Positions 10,476-24,482 of a stretch of DNA of 64,000 bases are shown piece by piece. Position 1 is the stretch's first letter; the number at the start of each line of letters is the position of its first letter. This DNA is from the human T2T-CHM13v2.0 reference genome, Homo sapiens: assembly GCF_009914755.1 (NCBI RefSeq), contig NC_060932.1. One strand, written 5' to 3'. The notes below the pieces were generated by a model. It was given only the letters and a program-made list of their open reading frames with translations, searched no databases and was not told the DNA's origin. The position numbers and the translations under genes are program-made.

Positions 10476-13400
10476 CTAAGGAGCAAATACCAAGATGCAT
10501 AAGGTATCCTTTTATATCAGTGGCAGAGTTGGAGGGTAAACACTACTCTTTCACGGGACAGTAAAGGAAACACAGCTCTTTGGTCTGCAGTGCCACGCAG
10601 ACCACGGAATCACTGTAGGTACCACGGTGGCTCTTCACTGCTTCACTCGATTCAGTACATGTTCACTGCTCCCCGCCACAGGCCATCACCTAGGCCCTGG
10701 GCGTACACTGTTGGGTGAAGCAGACATAGTTTCTTGTCTTGTCTTGTCTTCATGAGGCCTAGCAGACTTCAGAATCATTAATAAACAACACTGCACAGAA
10801 GATAAGGTCTCCAAGATTTATATTCTAAGAAATAAATCATTCACTTATTCAACTTACACTTATCAGCTACTGTCTGGTGCCAGGCATGGTGGACAAAAGG
10901 AGTGATAAGGTACAGACCCTGCTCTTGAGGGCCCCACCGTGCAGGGGGAGAGGCAGACATGCAAACAGCACAGGCAGTCCAGGGCAGTCTGCTGCACACC
11001 GAATGAAATGAGCAAGGGTCTGAGATGGTTACAGGAAAGGATGGTAGATTCTCCACTTCGTGGGGAGGTAAACCCTTGGTTCACATAAAAAGCAAGCATG
11101 TGCGAAGCAATGGTCAGGAAATACAGGCAAGGGGTATAGGGCAAAGGAGGAGTGGGTGTGGTGGAAACAATGGTGTTCCAATCTAGGGACAGATGGCAGA
11201 GCCTAAGTATAAACCAGTGCCCAAGTATCCCGTGTGGTGACAACTCCATAGGAAGCAGGGAGACAGAAATAAAACCAGGGGAGGGCGTCAGAGCTGGGCC
11301 CTAGAGGGCCCTGAATGGCCATGAGAAGACTGGAACCTTCCTTTGGGGAATCGGGGGTGAAACATCAATGTACATGGAGACCAGTCAGGCCTGGGGAGGG
11401 GGAGAAGCTGGAAGGAAAGGAGGCTCAAGTTCCCACAGAGGACCAGCCTGCTGGGTCTTCTGATGGCTCACAGAGAGACTGGAAATCGAGATTTACATGA
11501 AATCTTCTGATTTTTCAAGGCTGACTCTAGTCTAAAATTTCTTAAAACAATGGAAGAGCAAAGGGAAACAATGCCTGGGGCCTGCCTGCTGCCTCTGGAA
11601 GGCCATGGAGAGCCACAGGTGTCTAAGCCGGGAAGGGCTGGATTATATTTGTGCCGCTGCTGCAGACAGCAAAGTCAACAGGTTCAAAAAATGTTGAAAT
11701 ACACTGAAGAGGGAACGTGTCAGCCACAGAAAGAACAACAGCTAATTCCACATGGCTACCCTTGGCATTAGCCTGAGGGGTAAGAAAAGCTTCGATATCC
11801 AAGTGAAGAACAAAGGAGCCACCTCTTGAATGCACACTATTTGAGAGCCATCTCTTGAATGTACAGTATTTGAGATCCCTAAGTGAGGAGGAAATATAGG
11901 GAAGGGAGGAAAAGGAGTTTTCTCTTTCTTAGAAATAGAGCCACAAAACCTCAAATAACCTGCCCAAAATTCACTTCCTCAGAACATATGACAAATGCAC
12001 AGGGAACAATTCCACATAAGCCTTTCTCAGCCATGAGTGTGGAAACGGATGAAGGGAAGCAGGGTGCGCAAGCGCAAGGTGGGGGTCCAGAAAGTGCTGC
12101 AAGGTCGGGTCATAGGGAGGTGAGATCGGAACCATGCAGTAATATGGCAGGAACAGGAGAAACCAAAGGGAGATAGCCAGAGTCCATTTGGTCCGTCTGT
12201 TTCCAGTGATTCAACTCTGCCTAAAGCCAGTACCCCAAGTAATTGTACCAAGGATTGCCTGAAGGGAAAAGATAAAATGGAGGAGTATTCTTTCTTAGGG
12301 AGGCAGGCTGGTTCGAGGAAAGCTCACTCAAGAGGCAAGAAAAAAACTCGGCTAATGGCAGATTGATCAAAACAAACATTCTAATTTTCTATGTTCTATA
12401 AAGTTTTTTTGGTGTTCGTCCCACAATCCAGGTGCTTGGACCATTTTTAGACCTAGTGAAACAGTTTTATAGAAGTTCTTTCATTCACTGGAAAAGGTCC
12501 TTAATCATATAACTAGTATCAGCACTAAATATGGTAACATTGAGCTAAAAAGAACGAATAGATGAGATCATGAATCAGACAGAACTGCATCACTCTCCAA
12601 GGCTAAACGGAAAAAGTCAAGACCATCAGACGTGTCCCTCCTTTGAAGAGCATGATGACTCCTATAAAGCCGGAGAATGAGGAAAACAAGTGATCTCAAA
12701 GTCACTGGCAGTGCCTACATTTTGTAGGCTTGATTTGCATCATGCCTAACAGCAGTTTTCATTTTATTTTACTTTTTAGTGCCTATAATAAAAACATTTC
12801 AAAAGGTCTACAAATTGTCTGAGTCACAGAAGTTCTTTTTGTGGCCTACATACTGGGTGATACACATGCATAAATAACTATAGCAGAATATATTGGATGC
12901 TATAAAAAGGTAGAAACAACATTTTACAGAATTTTTTGCTTTTAAAATGATGCCTTGCTTTATACCGGAATTCACCATGGGATACAATTCAATATGTGGG
13001 TGATATGCCAGGAACAGATTTGTTCACATTTAAAAAAAAGACCTGAGAATTAGAACTTGCCAGAAGCTCAACCCAGGTTAACAGCATGAATCAACAAAAA
13101 CCAAACGACATTCACCTACACTAATAAGAAGCAGCTGAAGAGATCACCACGCTCTGCAACGGATAAACTGTGTCTGGATAAACCGCGTCCGGACTCTGCT
13201 TTAGGCATTGTATGTTAGGAACACACTGCAGAACCGGGGGGCTGGACGTGGGTGAAGGTCTGGCGCCATGCCGTTTTAAAAGCCAATGGAGACCTGAGCT
13301 GGCGTTGGTGGAGAAGAGAAGACTGCACAAGAATCTCATCTCTCCCCTCACCATTCCTACAGCTCCAATTTGAGTTTCCTTCCCCACGGCTGCTTTGGGG

Positions 13401-15058
13401 TGTGCATTGTTGGTATCCACCCTACCCGTTCCCAATACCCGTCCCTCCTGGAGTGTGATGCCACCTCCCACTCCAGGAACTTGGAAAGCTGCTCCGTCTG
13501 AACAGCTAGGGCTACAGGACCCAAGCCTGGCCAATGGGCTCTGAGGAGAAGGGTCCAGGGACTTCCAGAAGTGGTTTTCCTTCCTCATGAGAAAAGTACC
13601 GCCTCTCTTCCTCAGCTGGGTATTGCTATGTCCACTGCCAGAACTGAGGCATCCACCCAGCAGCTAGGAGAGGCCAAGTGAAAGACCATGATAATGCCTT
13701 GGGCATCACAAAGAGAGAGGTGGATCCTGGGGTTTCCACGGCATAGATATGCCTCTGAACCAGCCCTTGAACCATTGTGCCTGGACTTCTTGTTACACGA
13801 GAGAACATTCTCATTGTTAAACTCGTTTTTAACCAGTGTCTCTGCTAACAGTATCTTGACTAACACACTCTCCGAACCATCCTCCTCCACCTAGACCCTA
13901 GAGGAACTGTTTTAAAAATCCAAATCTAATCCTGTCACTTGCCTGCTTAAAACCCTTCATCAGGCTTCCTTCCCATCTCCATTAGGAGAAAGTGCTAGGT
14001 AAAGTCCTCCAAGAATTGCCATAAATCCTCTCCCACTATCCCTGTACCATCAAGGCCATGACTTGCAAGCACACACCCTCATGTACTTATCTCCTACCCC
14101 TTTGGGCTCCAACAATGCTGAACCACAAGTTGACTGACACCCGGTCCTGTTTACAGCCCCTGGACCTTGGCACACAGACATGCATTGCACAACGTCCTGA
14201 TCCACACACCTCTGCTTGTCTGAGTGACAAGCCAAAAGGCAGCTCAGATTTCCCCTCCTCTGTGATACTCTGTACCCTTCACCTTCTTACCTCCTCCATT
14301 CTCCTTACACACACACAGAGCACCGAACCAACGGTTGGACTTTCCCACACTGCTTACAATTATCTGTTGACATGCCTTATCCATATTGTGACCTCTTGGA
14401 GGTTGGGTCCATGACTTCTTGGGATTTTATGAAGCCTAACGTAGGCCTCCAGAGGGCTAGAGCCAGACAATGAAGAAGACCTGCTCTGTTGTGTTCAGAA
14501 AGATGAAGCTAGGACCAATGGGTAGAGTCTCCTGCAATAGATCTCAGAGCAGAGAAAGGAACTTGCAACAGTTAGAGCTGTCCAAGGAAAGGGTGTTTTT
14601 CAGACACGTTTATGAGGAGGGTTTTCCAGGAAGTCACAGATACCATTGGAAATGCTATGGAAAAGACTCTGAACCACATGGGAAGTCAGACCAAACAACG
14701 TCTAAATCTCTAAATTCTAAGGCCCTCACATACAAATAGGTGGAACTATTACATAAGGAAGAAGGTAGGAGAAAGGAAGTTGCAGGGAGAAAAGAAGGAG
14801 AAAGAGTGAAAAATATGAGAGATAGTAAAAGAAAAACCTGGAAGAGACAAAAGAGCAGGGGACAGAACACCACGCACCTTCAACCCACTGGACCACACCA
14901 GCCTCAAATCTGCGCTGAGTGCAGGCTCTGGTCCTCCCCTCAGCCAGGGACAGTGGGGTTCTCCTTGTATCCCATGGCCCAAACGTGACTCTGGCAGCGG
15001 CTAAGGTGGAACCAGTGCTCTGGACACTGTCCAGGCAGACAATTCTGGGAGTCACCAT

Positions 15059-15311
15059 GGCTGGAGTGGTGCGATCTTGGCTGACTGCAACCTCCACCTC
15101 CGGAGTTCAAGTGATTCTCGTGCCTCAGCCTCCCAAGTAGCTAGGATTACAGGTGCGCACCATCCCATCCAGCTGATTTTTGTATTTTTTTAGTAGAGAC
15201 GGGGTTTCGCCATGTTAGCCAGACTGGTCTCAAACTCCTGACCGCAAGTGATCCATGCACCTCGGCCTCCCAAAGTGCTAAGATTACATGCGTGAGCTAC
15301 TGTGCCTGGCC
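15059..15311 (-). mobile_element. AluS, 3'-truncated and tailless
   Basis: Intact 5' end, stops at ...cactccagcc; no poly(A); flanked by gccatgg on both sides. Confidence 0.9.
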
Positions 15312-17654
15312 CATGGCAACATCTTGAGAGTCAAATCCCCACTACCTAGAGCAGGGACCCCACTAACAAGCCCTTGGCATTGCTCCTTCCCTGTCTCACT
15401 CTTCTCACTCCCCACTCCTGCTTCCTGGGAATACCACTCAGGTAAACTACCTGCAGCCAAAGCTGCTTCCAGTGGGGAACCTAAGCTAAGACTCTGCCCA
15501 CTCAAGACTGCCCCAAATACACACCTCCAAGCCCCCACATCCTTCATCAATTCTCTGTGGCCTCATGCAACGTGGATCCACAGTCCACGGACATTACATT
15601 CTATTCTTGAAAGCTTCAGAAGCTTCAACACTAAACTTTCCAACCGATTCAGGCACCATGGTGCCAGGCACCGCACTGAACAGCCTTGAAAATGGTTCTT
15701 GGAGATGATCTTAACTGATCCCTTGAGCCCTGGAGCACTGTGAAAAGAACAAGGCTCCCACAAAAAAGAACACGCATGCTCGCTCAGAGGCAAATGCCAG
15801 GTGCATTTAGGGAGTATCAAATAACTCCAGGTAAAACACCCAGTATGTGGGGGGTGGGAGGTGAGGCAGGAGAAGAACTGGCATGGAGACCCAGACGCCA
15901 CCCAGAGACTCTGGCCTACAAAAGCAGGTGTTTCATGGAGAGAAATATCAGGTTCTCCACCGCACTCCTGTACAAGCCATGCTCCTCACAGCCCTGAACC
16001 CAGCTCTCTCAACAGCCACATGACTGTGTGTTTCTCATCCCCAGCATTAGGTCTGGTGTGTCGTAGATGCTCAATACTTCTTCGTGGAAAGCAAGGAGGG
16101 TACAGGGTAAAAGAGAAAGACACTTTAACAACAGCCTTGTTAGTAATTTTCTGCCCACTCCCTTTTGGACACCAAAGTCCTCGTTCCCATTTGACCTGGT
16201 TGCTCACCAATTTCCCTATATCCTCACTTGACCCACCTTTGTACTTTTCAAAGTTGCGTTTTGTCCCCTGAAATGCCTCGAGGACCCGACCTAGAAGTCA
16301 TGCTGATGATGCTTTTCTGAGGGCTTGGCATGTCCCATCTTCAGTTCACATGTATCATGGCCTTTCAATAGGTGTTTTTCAATAGTCTCCTGCTTCCTCT
16401 GAATTGCTGACTTTTTCAACTTTTCTACTCTTTCCTGTCTATGCTCCCCTCCAGCTTCCTTTCTTCCTTTTAAAAATTCCATAGCTGTCGATGGGTTTTG
16501 CTTCTCCCTCTTGCACATGGCTGCTGCATTCAGTCATGCCGTGAGCTTGCTACAAACCAGCTGGCCTGAGCAGCACAGGGGCTGGTTAATGGAACCACTG
16601 CAGAGAGGTAGTGGGCATGCAGCACTCCGGAGTCAGAGAGGCTGGGTTAGGACACAACTTAACCACTTGCAAAGGAACTCTGGACAATTGATGAATCTCC
16701 CTAAAATCACTCATAAAAAATAAAATATAAATAAGGACCTCAAAAGATGGCTGTAAGGTGGAAGAACACAATTACGGGGAAAACCCCAGACACATATTAA
16801 ATATCTCATCAATGTTCGCCTTCTCTGCCTTTTGAAAACATATCTGGGACACCACCCCAAAGACTCTCTCAACCACACACCACAGCTACTCTCATTCCCC
16901 TGTCTTGGCAGCCACCCTGATGGGCACCAAATTTAGAAATCCTAAGAACCAGATGAAATTAAGTTAGTCGTCAGAGGCAATCTTGAGGAGAGCTTCCCAC
17001 CTCTGCTCTCAGCATCTGGTGGTTCTAGACAGCCATGAGAGCGTCCCATGCACCCACACACCTGGAGCAGGGACTATGGCTCTGCACAGTCACTCAAGAA
17101 AACCCCTACCTCCACATTCTCCCAATGAACAAAGCCCTCCTCCTATGTTGGAAATGCTTCAGTTTGTTCAATCCAAAATATCTTGTTTTAGATTCAGCTT
17201 TGTTTTTAAGACTTTTATCACCTCTACCATGCAAATTAAATAAATATACAACATAATGTCCCAGCTAGTATTAATAACAACAATTAAGATTAGATATTTC
17301 TTGGACAATGATATGACAACACACTAAGAACCACGACAGAAAGTCTGGGTTCTAATGTAGACTCAGGGACCCCAAGCCTTTAGGGGCAGATGGGATGGTA
17401 GAAGGTCATTCTGCACAATTTCCAATCATCAGGCAGTTATCACGCGACCATCTCAAAGGAATGCTGTCTACACTACCTGTGAACCACTCTGGGAACAGAG
17501 ACTTCACCACTACAAAACAGACAGTTTGTATGGTGACCTGCTTAGAAATAAGCTGCGCTGCCCAACCCACCTTGCACATGCACAAAAGCCCTCTGAGCTG
17601 CCGTAAACCACAGGCTTGATTCACTAAATTGCAGATAGTCTCGACCGTGATTAC

Positions 17655-18015
17655 TGACATAGTTTGGCTGTGTCCCCATCCAAATCTCAACTTGAATTGT
17701 ATCTCCCAGAATTCCCACGAATTGTGGGAGGGGCCCAGGGGGAGGTAACTGAATCATGGGGCCTGGCCTTTCTTGTGCTATTCTCATGATAGTGAATAAG
17801 TCTCATGAGATCTGATGGGTTCATCAGGGGTTTCCGCTTTTGCTTCTTCCTCATTTTTCTCTTGCCACCACCATGTAAGAAGTGCCTTTCACCTCCCGCC
17901 ATGATTCTGAGGCCTCCCCAGCCAAGTGGAACTATAAGTCCAATTGAACCTCTTTTTCTTCCCAGTCTCGGGAAGAAAAATGTCTTTATCAGCAGTGTGA
18001 AAACAGACTAATACA
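17655..18015 (+). mobile_element. THE1A-like solo LTR (ERVL-MaLR)
   Basis: TG...CA ends, tttggctgtgtcccc start, gactaataca end, caggggtttccgcttttgcttcttcctc core; TSD attac/gttac. Confidence 0.88.
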
Positions 18016-18874
18016 GTTACTATGAGCAAATTCATTGCTATGAGTTTTCAGGAAACACGAACAGAGAAGGACACTTTGCGACACCCATACTCCTGCTCCA
18101 GAGCCATTCGTCATCTTGTGCAATCGTGGCAACAGAAGAGAGGTGCAGCACTGGGGTTGTCTGAGTGTCTGCCAGCTTCCTACCCCAGGCTGTCCTGGTA
18201 TGTGTGGTGTTTGCTGCAGAATGAGGCGGGGAGTCACACCCCTGGTTTCCAGTCTCTGTGCATTTTTATTTGAAAAAGAGTGGCTGCTTGTGACTAGGGA
18301 GGGCCAGGTCAACGTTGGGTCTGATTTCAAGTCTGCCTCTTCAGTTTCTGTGCCTGCTTGCTGGTTACCCCCTCCTCAATTTGGTTAAATATTCATACCA
18401 AGCGTGTCTCCTCTGAAAACAGAATTTCTGTCTCCAATACAAAGTTTAACAATTATCCCCTACTACTAAATAAAATATTCTCTTTATGAGATGATTTTCC
18501 TTTCTCACTTTCCTATTTTCAAATTTTCTTAAGTGTCCATATTCAAACAAAATATCATTTCTGCACAAAAGAAATAAATAATTACTTGGAAATTATGTAC
18601 ACACTATAGCATTTATTTTCTCTTTACTAGCCACAGTCTGTTCAGCAGATACTTATGGAGTAGTCAGCACTGTTCTAGCATTTGTAATACCTTAGTGTAC
18701 AAAACAGAGAGAGAGCCCTGCCCTCTGGAGTTTACATGCTAGTGAGGAAAGAGACAATCAATTTAAAACATAATAAATAACTAAACCACACAGCACGTTA
18801 GAAGGTAATCATTTTACCTGAGTCTGGTAGAGTGCAGGCCTTTGGGAAGTAGGAAAAGTTTGTGTTGTTAAATA

Positions 18875-19229
18875 CAGATGCTCCTCAACTTATGATGAGT
18901 TACATTCCAATAAACCCATCCTAAGTCAAAAATATCATTGTCAAAAATGCACTTAAAACACCTAACCTGCCAAATATCATAGCTTAGCCTATCCTATCTT
19001 AAATGTGCTCAGAACACTTACATTAGCCTAGAGTTGGGCAAAACCATTTCACACAAAGCCTATTTTATAATAATAATAATATAAATTTTATAGTAATAAA
19101 AAATAGAAACAAAAATAAAAGATCAAAATTTCTAATTCGAAGTACAGTTTCTACTAAATGCATGTCACTTTCACACCATAGTAAAGTTGAAAAACCGTAA
19201 GTCCACCCATTGCAGTTGCGGACCACCAG
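18875..19229. mobile_element. MER47/Tigger5-type TcMar DNA transposon
   Basis: ta|cagatgctcctcaactta terminus; cttacattagcct and cgaagtacagtttctact cores. Confidence 0.8.
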
Positions 19230-22200
19230 CAACTGTGGTCTAGTGCCCTAAGCTCTGTCTGATCTAACAAACACATCTCACAAACACATCTCACACAAAC
19301 AGTCCCTACTGATAAGGACAGTTATTGTGAGTGGCTTGCCTGTCTATTTGTTTACTTATTTCTTGTTTGTCTCCCCTAGATGGATGTAAGTTCAGTAAGG
19401 CCTGGCAGGATTTAGCCTATTTCACTGGAAGTCTTCCACCGTGCCCAAAACATCATAGATAGTAAAGTGGGGAAAGACAGGAAGGGCCTCCAACCTCACA
19501 CAGTGGGAAAGTCATCCAGTCATTAAACAAATAGCAAGGGAAGGCCTCTTGCAGCCACTCAGGACGCTGCACATGCCACGGTCTCCCTCAGTCTCCACCA
19601 TCCTGGTGAGGCAGGACTGCTCCCAAGCCCCTTATAAAGATAAGGAGTCCGAAGCTCGGTGAGGAGAAGAGGTGACTGAGCCTGGACACTGTCTCCATGA
19701 GTGGTACACCCAGCATCACATTGAAGTCCAGCAGCCTGCAAGGTGAGCGCTTCCCACAACCCCTCCTGCCTCTGATGCTCTGCAGGAGCAGAAGTTTAGA
19801 AAGAGTGCAGAGAGGAACCAGCCGAACAGCTGGCTCCACAATGAGATGAGGTGATAGTCAAATGGCAAAGTGTAATACTGTGTTAAGGTGCTGGAGAGAA
19901 CAGAGGGGCCTGGCTAGTGGACTATAAGTGGTTTCAATAAAAGGCATTTTTGCTTTCACCACAGGCAGAGGTGTGAAAGGCTTACAGGAAGCTCAGGCAC
20001 CACAGCATGCAAACACTGCTCCTTTCCTTCTCACCCACCTCTCTCTGAGCAGGGGCTTGGGCCCAGCTGTGCTAAAGGCTGAGGTAGACGAAGTAAGGCT
20101 GGCATTTGCTCTGTGCATCCTCAGCCAAGCGCCCATACACAGCAAGAGGCCATTTGCTCCTAATCACTCCATGCAGATGAACGGCCCCACTCCAGCCCGA
20201 GAAGGCACGCTGCACAGTCAACTGCACAGTTGGCTCCCGGGTGCAACAGGCTGCTGCTCTGGCCTGGCATCCAGGCCCAGGCATTTAAAGTCCCCTATTG
20301 GCTTGTCAATGGTGTGCCCAGCTCTTCCAGCTCTGCAGTGATTCTCTGTGCTATGAAGAGGCAATTCTTGGGGATTGAAGAAAGCCAGAGTTCTGTTCAA
20401 CAAATAAATGCCTATCTCCCTTGCACTGAGATACAATGAACCTTCTGGTAATAAGCACGGCTGCTAAAAGTCACTCTTCCGAGATGGTAGGATACAGCGC
20501 AGGGCCAAAGACCCCCAGCTGAAATCCAAGCCCCCTAGCTGATGCTGACGGGGAATTTTGGATAATTTACTAACACTTGTTTCAGAGAAAACCCGGTTGA
20601 GTCCCTGGGCCTAGGCAGGGTGCTTGACAAAGAACAGCTGACAAGCAGATGTCTTTTAACAAACACATCCTAATGTGGAAAATAAGGACACCGAAGGGAG
20701 CCCCAGGGGTTTCTGGGCTTGCTGGGGTGACCCAGGTCAAACTCCAAGTCCTCTAGATGCCATTTTCAAAATGAACCCTCTTCAAATATCCTGCTTCTTC
20801 ATGTACATGTGCTAATTACACAGTTAATTCTAAGGTAGTATTTTGTTTTCATTGTATTGAATGTTTAAAAATATCTTCACTGAGCTCTAGAAAAGACTCT
20901 TTAGCCAAGAGAAAACAGAATGTAATTTTAGTGAGATCAATAGCTGAAATCTGTCTGAGATGCTTAAGAGGAAGAGCACACTAGATGACATCAAACCCCA
21001 GTGAGCTCTTTATGGCCCTACCCTGGGTAAGCCAGATCACAGGAAGGGAGGCCAGCATTAATTCCATCAGCAACAGTGGGTGTAAATGGAAATTTCTAAC
21101 AGTAGTCTATGCCTGTCTAGTATTTTCCCTTTAGTCAATATCACAGAAGGGAGATCAACTATACTATTAATACTATTATAATAACAATACCTTATCTTCT
21201 GAGTGGCACATGACAGTTTACAAAGCACTGTCTTGAGCATTAACTAGCACCTGTATCTCTACTATTATGTACATGGCATGTGTTTTTAACCAGTCTTTTA
21301 AGGGTTCACTTTTTTTCCAAGGCTCTTATAAATGTGCTCTTCCAGAAAACAAGGCCCTTAGCTGAAGTCCCCTTGTCCATCAAGTTTTACATCATGCAGC
21401 ACCACTGTCTGAATTCAGCTGTCATTGTCAGCATACTGGGATGGTAATTTTCAAATTTTTTTAACTGGCAGGAGCTTTTTCCTGCTTTTTAGGCAATCTC
21501 AATATAAATAATCTAAAAAAAGTACAATCTCTCAGATTAAAGTGAATGAGCTCCCTGCCAGCCTCCCACACCTGTCCTCAGTATTCTTCTAGTCCCAGCC
21601 ACTAAGCAACTCTGAAGAGCCCTGGAAACAGCATTAAAACTACTGAATTAAGAGGTACAGTGTACTACGTGAAATACGGCTTTAACAAAAAGTCACTGTT
21701 TTGAGAACGCATGATGAAAAACACAAGATTTGGAGTTAAAGGCATCTCAGCTAAGATCCAGGCTCTGCCTTTCAGCTGGATGAATTTGGAACACTCTAAA
21801 CTTATCTGCATCTGCAGAATGAGTCACTGTAAGGTTCACATGAGGGAACAGATGCAGAACCTTCTCACATGGTGAGCACACACAGTAGGCTTTCAGGAAA
21901 CACTGGCTGCATGCCAGTCTGTCGACTTCACGCCCAATTATATACATGAAAGTCCTACTCAGGCCTGAGGTTGGGATGATGACTTCTTTCTGGTTTCTTT
22001 CGGTTTGTATTAATCATGAGCTGCGACAGAGCCCCTTTCTCCCCCTACCACCTAGCTTTGTGCGTTTTCCCCAGGTGCTGATGCTCCAAGAACTGTAACT
22101 TTCACTGTGCAGCACTGCTCTTCAACCCTAGCACATTAGCATACTTCTTTATATTTCATTTCCTTTGGAAAAGACAGCATTTGAAAAAGTGATGACATCG

Positions 22201-22859
22201 CACAACGTGGAATGCAAACCTTAAAGAGGGAAGCAGATGTTGGCAAATGGTGTGCATGCCCCGCGGGGCTGAAGCCCTTTCTATGACGACAGGGTCTAGT
22301 GCCCCTGCAGGGAGTGAGATGTTCTGATGCAAACTGGAGGGGACCATTACTTAAGGAACAGAGACCCGAGCGTGTCCCTTTTAAGGGCAGATAATAAGCA
22401 AGCATCCAGAGTCCCCTGAAGTTCTGGTGAGGTCCTGCTTGCCCTTCCACGTCGCCCCTCCCCCCTCTCCACCCAGCTCCCAAGGCTGACCAGTAAGGAC
22501 CACACAATGGGCCCTACTGCTCTCTGGCTTCCAACTGGGTTTGACCAGTGGAGGCACCAGCAGGAGATGAAAGGAAATGGGGAAAGTCGGGGATGGGGAG
22601 CAGTATTTATTCTCCAGGCTCCCTCCCTGCCAGGTTATCACAGGCTGACCTCATCCTCTACCAAAGGCCACAGCTCTCTCCCTCGGTGTTCTGGTGACTT
22701 CTCTCCCCTCTTGTGTGTTTACCCTGCTTTTCCCAGCTGCCCTCGGTCCCACAGGTACACCATGACTTGATGCTGTACCTAGACCAGAACATACTTTTAC
22801 AAAGGGTCTCTTCCTTAGCTTCTCTAGTCACACATTTGAGCATGCCACCTGCCTCCTGT

Positions 22860-23935
22860 TGGTACCCTGATGGCTCCCCCAGGCCATCCTCTTAGTCATC
22901 TCTGGATGACTCCTCGCTCCATTCCCATTTTCATTCCCTCCCACTACAAGCATCTCCCACTGACCTCCTTCCACTGATACTGCTCCGGCTCAAGTCAGCA
23001 ACGAGGCACACCCCCAATCAATGGAGTCTTCACCCCAGCTTCCTCTCACTGAACTCCCTGAATCACTCATCATCCTCAACCCATCCGCTTCCTCCTTCAA
23101 GGTAGCCTTCCCTGCTCTCCATCCCTGGACACTCCCCTGTGGGGGCCTCAGGAGGCTGCCCTTGGTGGTTTATCCTTCTGCTTCCACCCAGTCTCTACTC
23201 ATGCCCCTCCTCCACTGAGGACCTCATGCTAGACTCCACGTGGGGCGGCATGCCCTCTTGGATATCCTGCAGTCCCCAGATCAATGTGTGGCCACAACTA
23301 ACTCACCCTCTTTCCTCCAAATCTGCATCTCCTCTGGGCTCTCAAGGTTGGCAGGGATGCCACCATTCACCCTGGTCCCCAGCCAAAACCAAGGCAGCTC
23401 CCCTCTGCGAACTCTGCCAGGTCCTGTGAACTGCACTTCCTTGACATCTCCACAATATGTCCCCTTATTTCAACTCCCACTGCTGGATTCAGATGCCACA
23501 GAACACTTCCCAGGATCACTGCATCAGCCTCCTCTGTGTCTGAGCAAATGCTATTTCCTCTTGCAAGGGTAGTACTCCCCTCCTCTCCTCCCCTCTTCTC
23601 CCTGCCCTCCTCTACCCCCAGCCCCACTCTTCAGTGCTCGACGTCTCTGTAGCCTTCAACTCTCTGCCCCAGCGAGCCACCAGAGAGCACCCACCTCACC
23701 TGCTCTCCAGGCTGCTAGAGAAGCCCCTTCCACAAGCTCTCCCAATACCTTGTGGAGCACCCACCAGCTGTTCCCCACACTTATCTCAGAGTGTCAGAGT
23801 CATTTCTGCCCAGCCCACTACACTCTAAGAAACTACTATACAGACCTCCATTCATGCGACATCCTGTAGTCAGCAACCACTCCATGCCTGGTACACAAAG
23901 AGTAGGCGCTCGGTGCCTCTGATGCACTCATGAAT
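22860..23935 (+). mobile_element. L2 fragments
   Basis: Pyrimidine-rich L2 phrases (ccactgatactgctcc...aagtcagcaacga; cctggtacacaaagagtaggcgctc...tgaatga). Confidence 0.55.
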
Positions 23936-24003
23936 GACCCACAGGAGGGCTCAAAAAGTTCCCATTCTTCTCAGCCCCTAACGTGCAGGCACATGTGCAC
24001 ATG

Positions 24004-24007
<4 letters not shown>

Positions 24008-24036
<29 letters not shown>
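24008..24036. repeat. (CA)n microsatellite
   Basis: Direct reading. Confidence 0.95.
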
Positions 24037-24040
<4 letters not shown>

Positions 24041-24190
24041 AACTCTGATGAGCTTCCCACACCTTACTAAGAAAAACAAAGCCCATTTGATACAAAATCT
24101 CTCAAGTAAGTTCCTTTTACCTCAAAATCTTCCTGTTCTTTGTTTACCATCCCACCTCTTCTAGAAGTGCTTCTTTAGGAGGGGTCCTGT

Positions 24191-24482
<292 letters not shown>

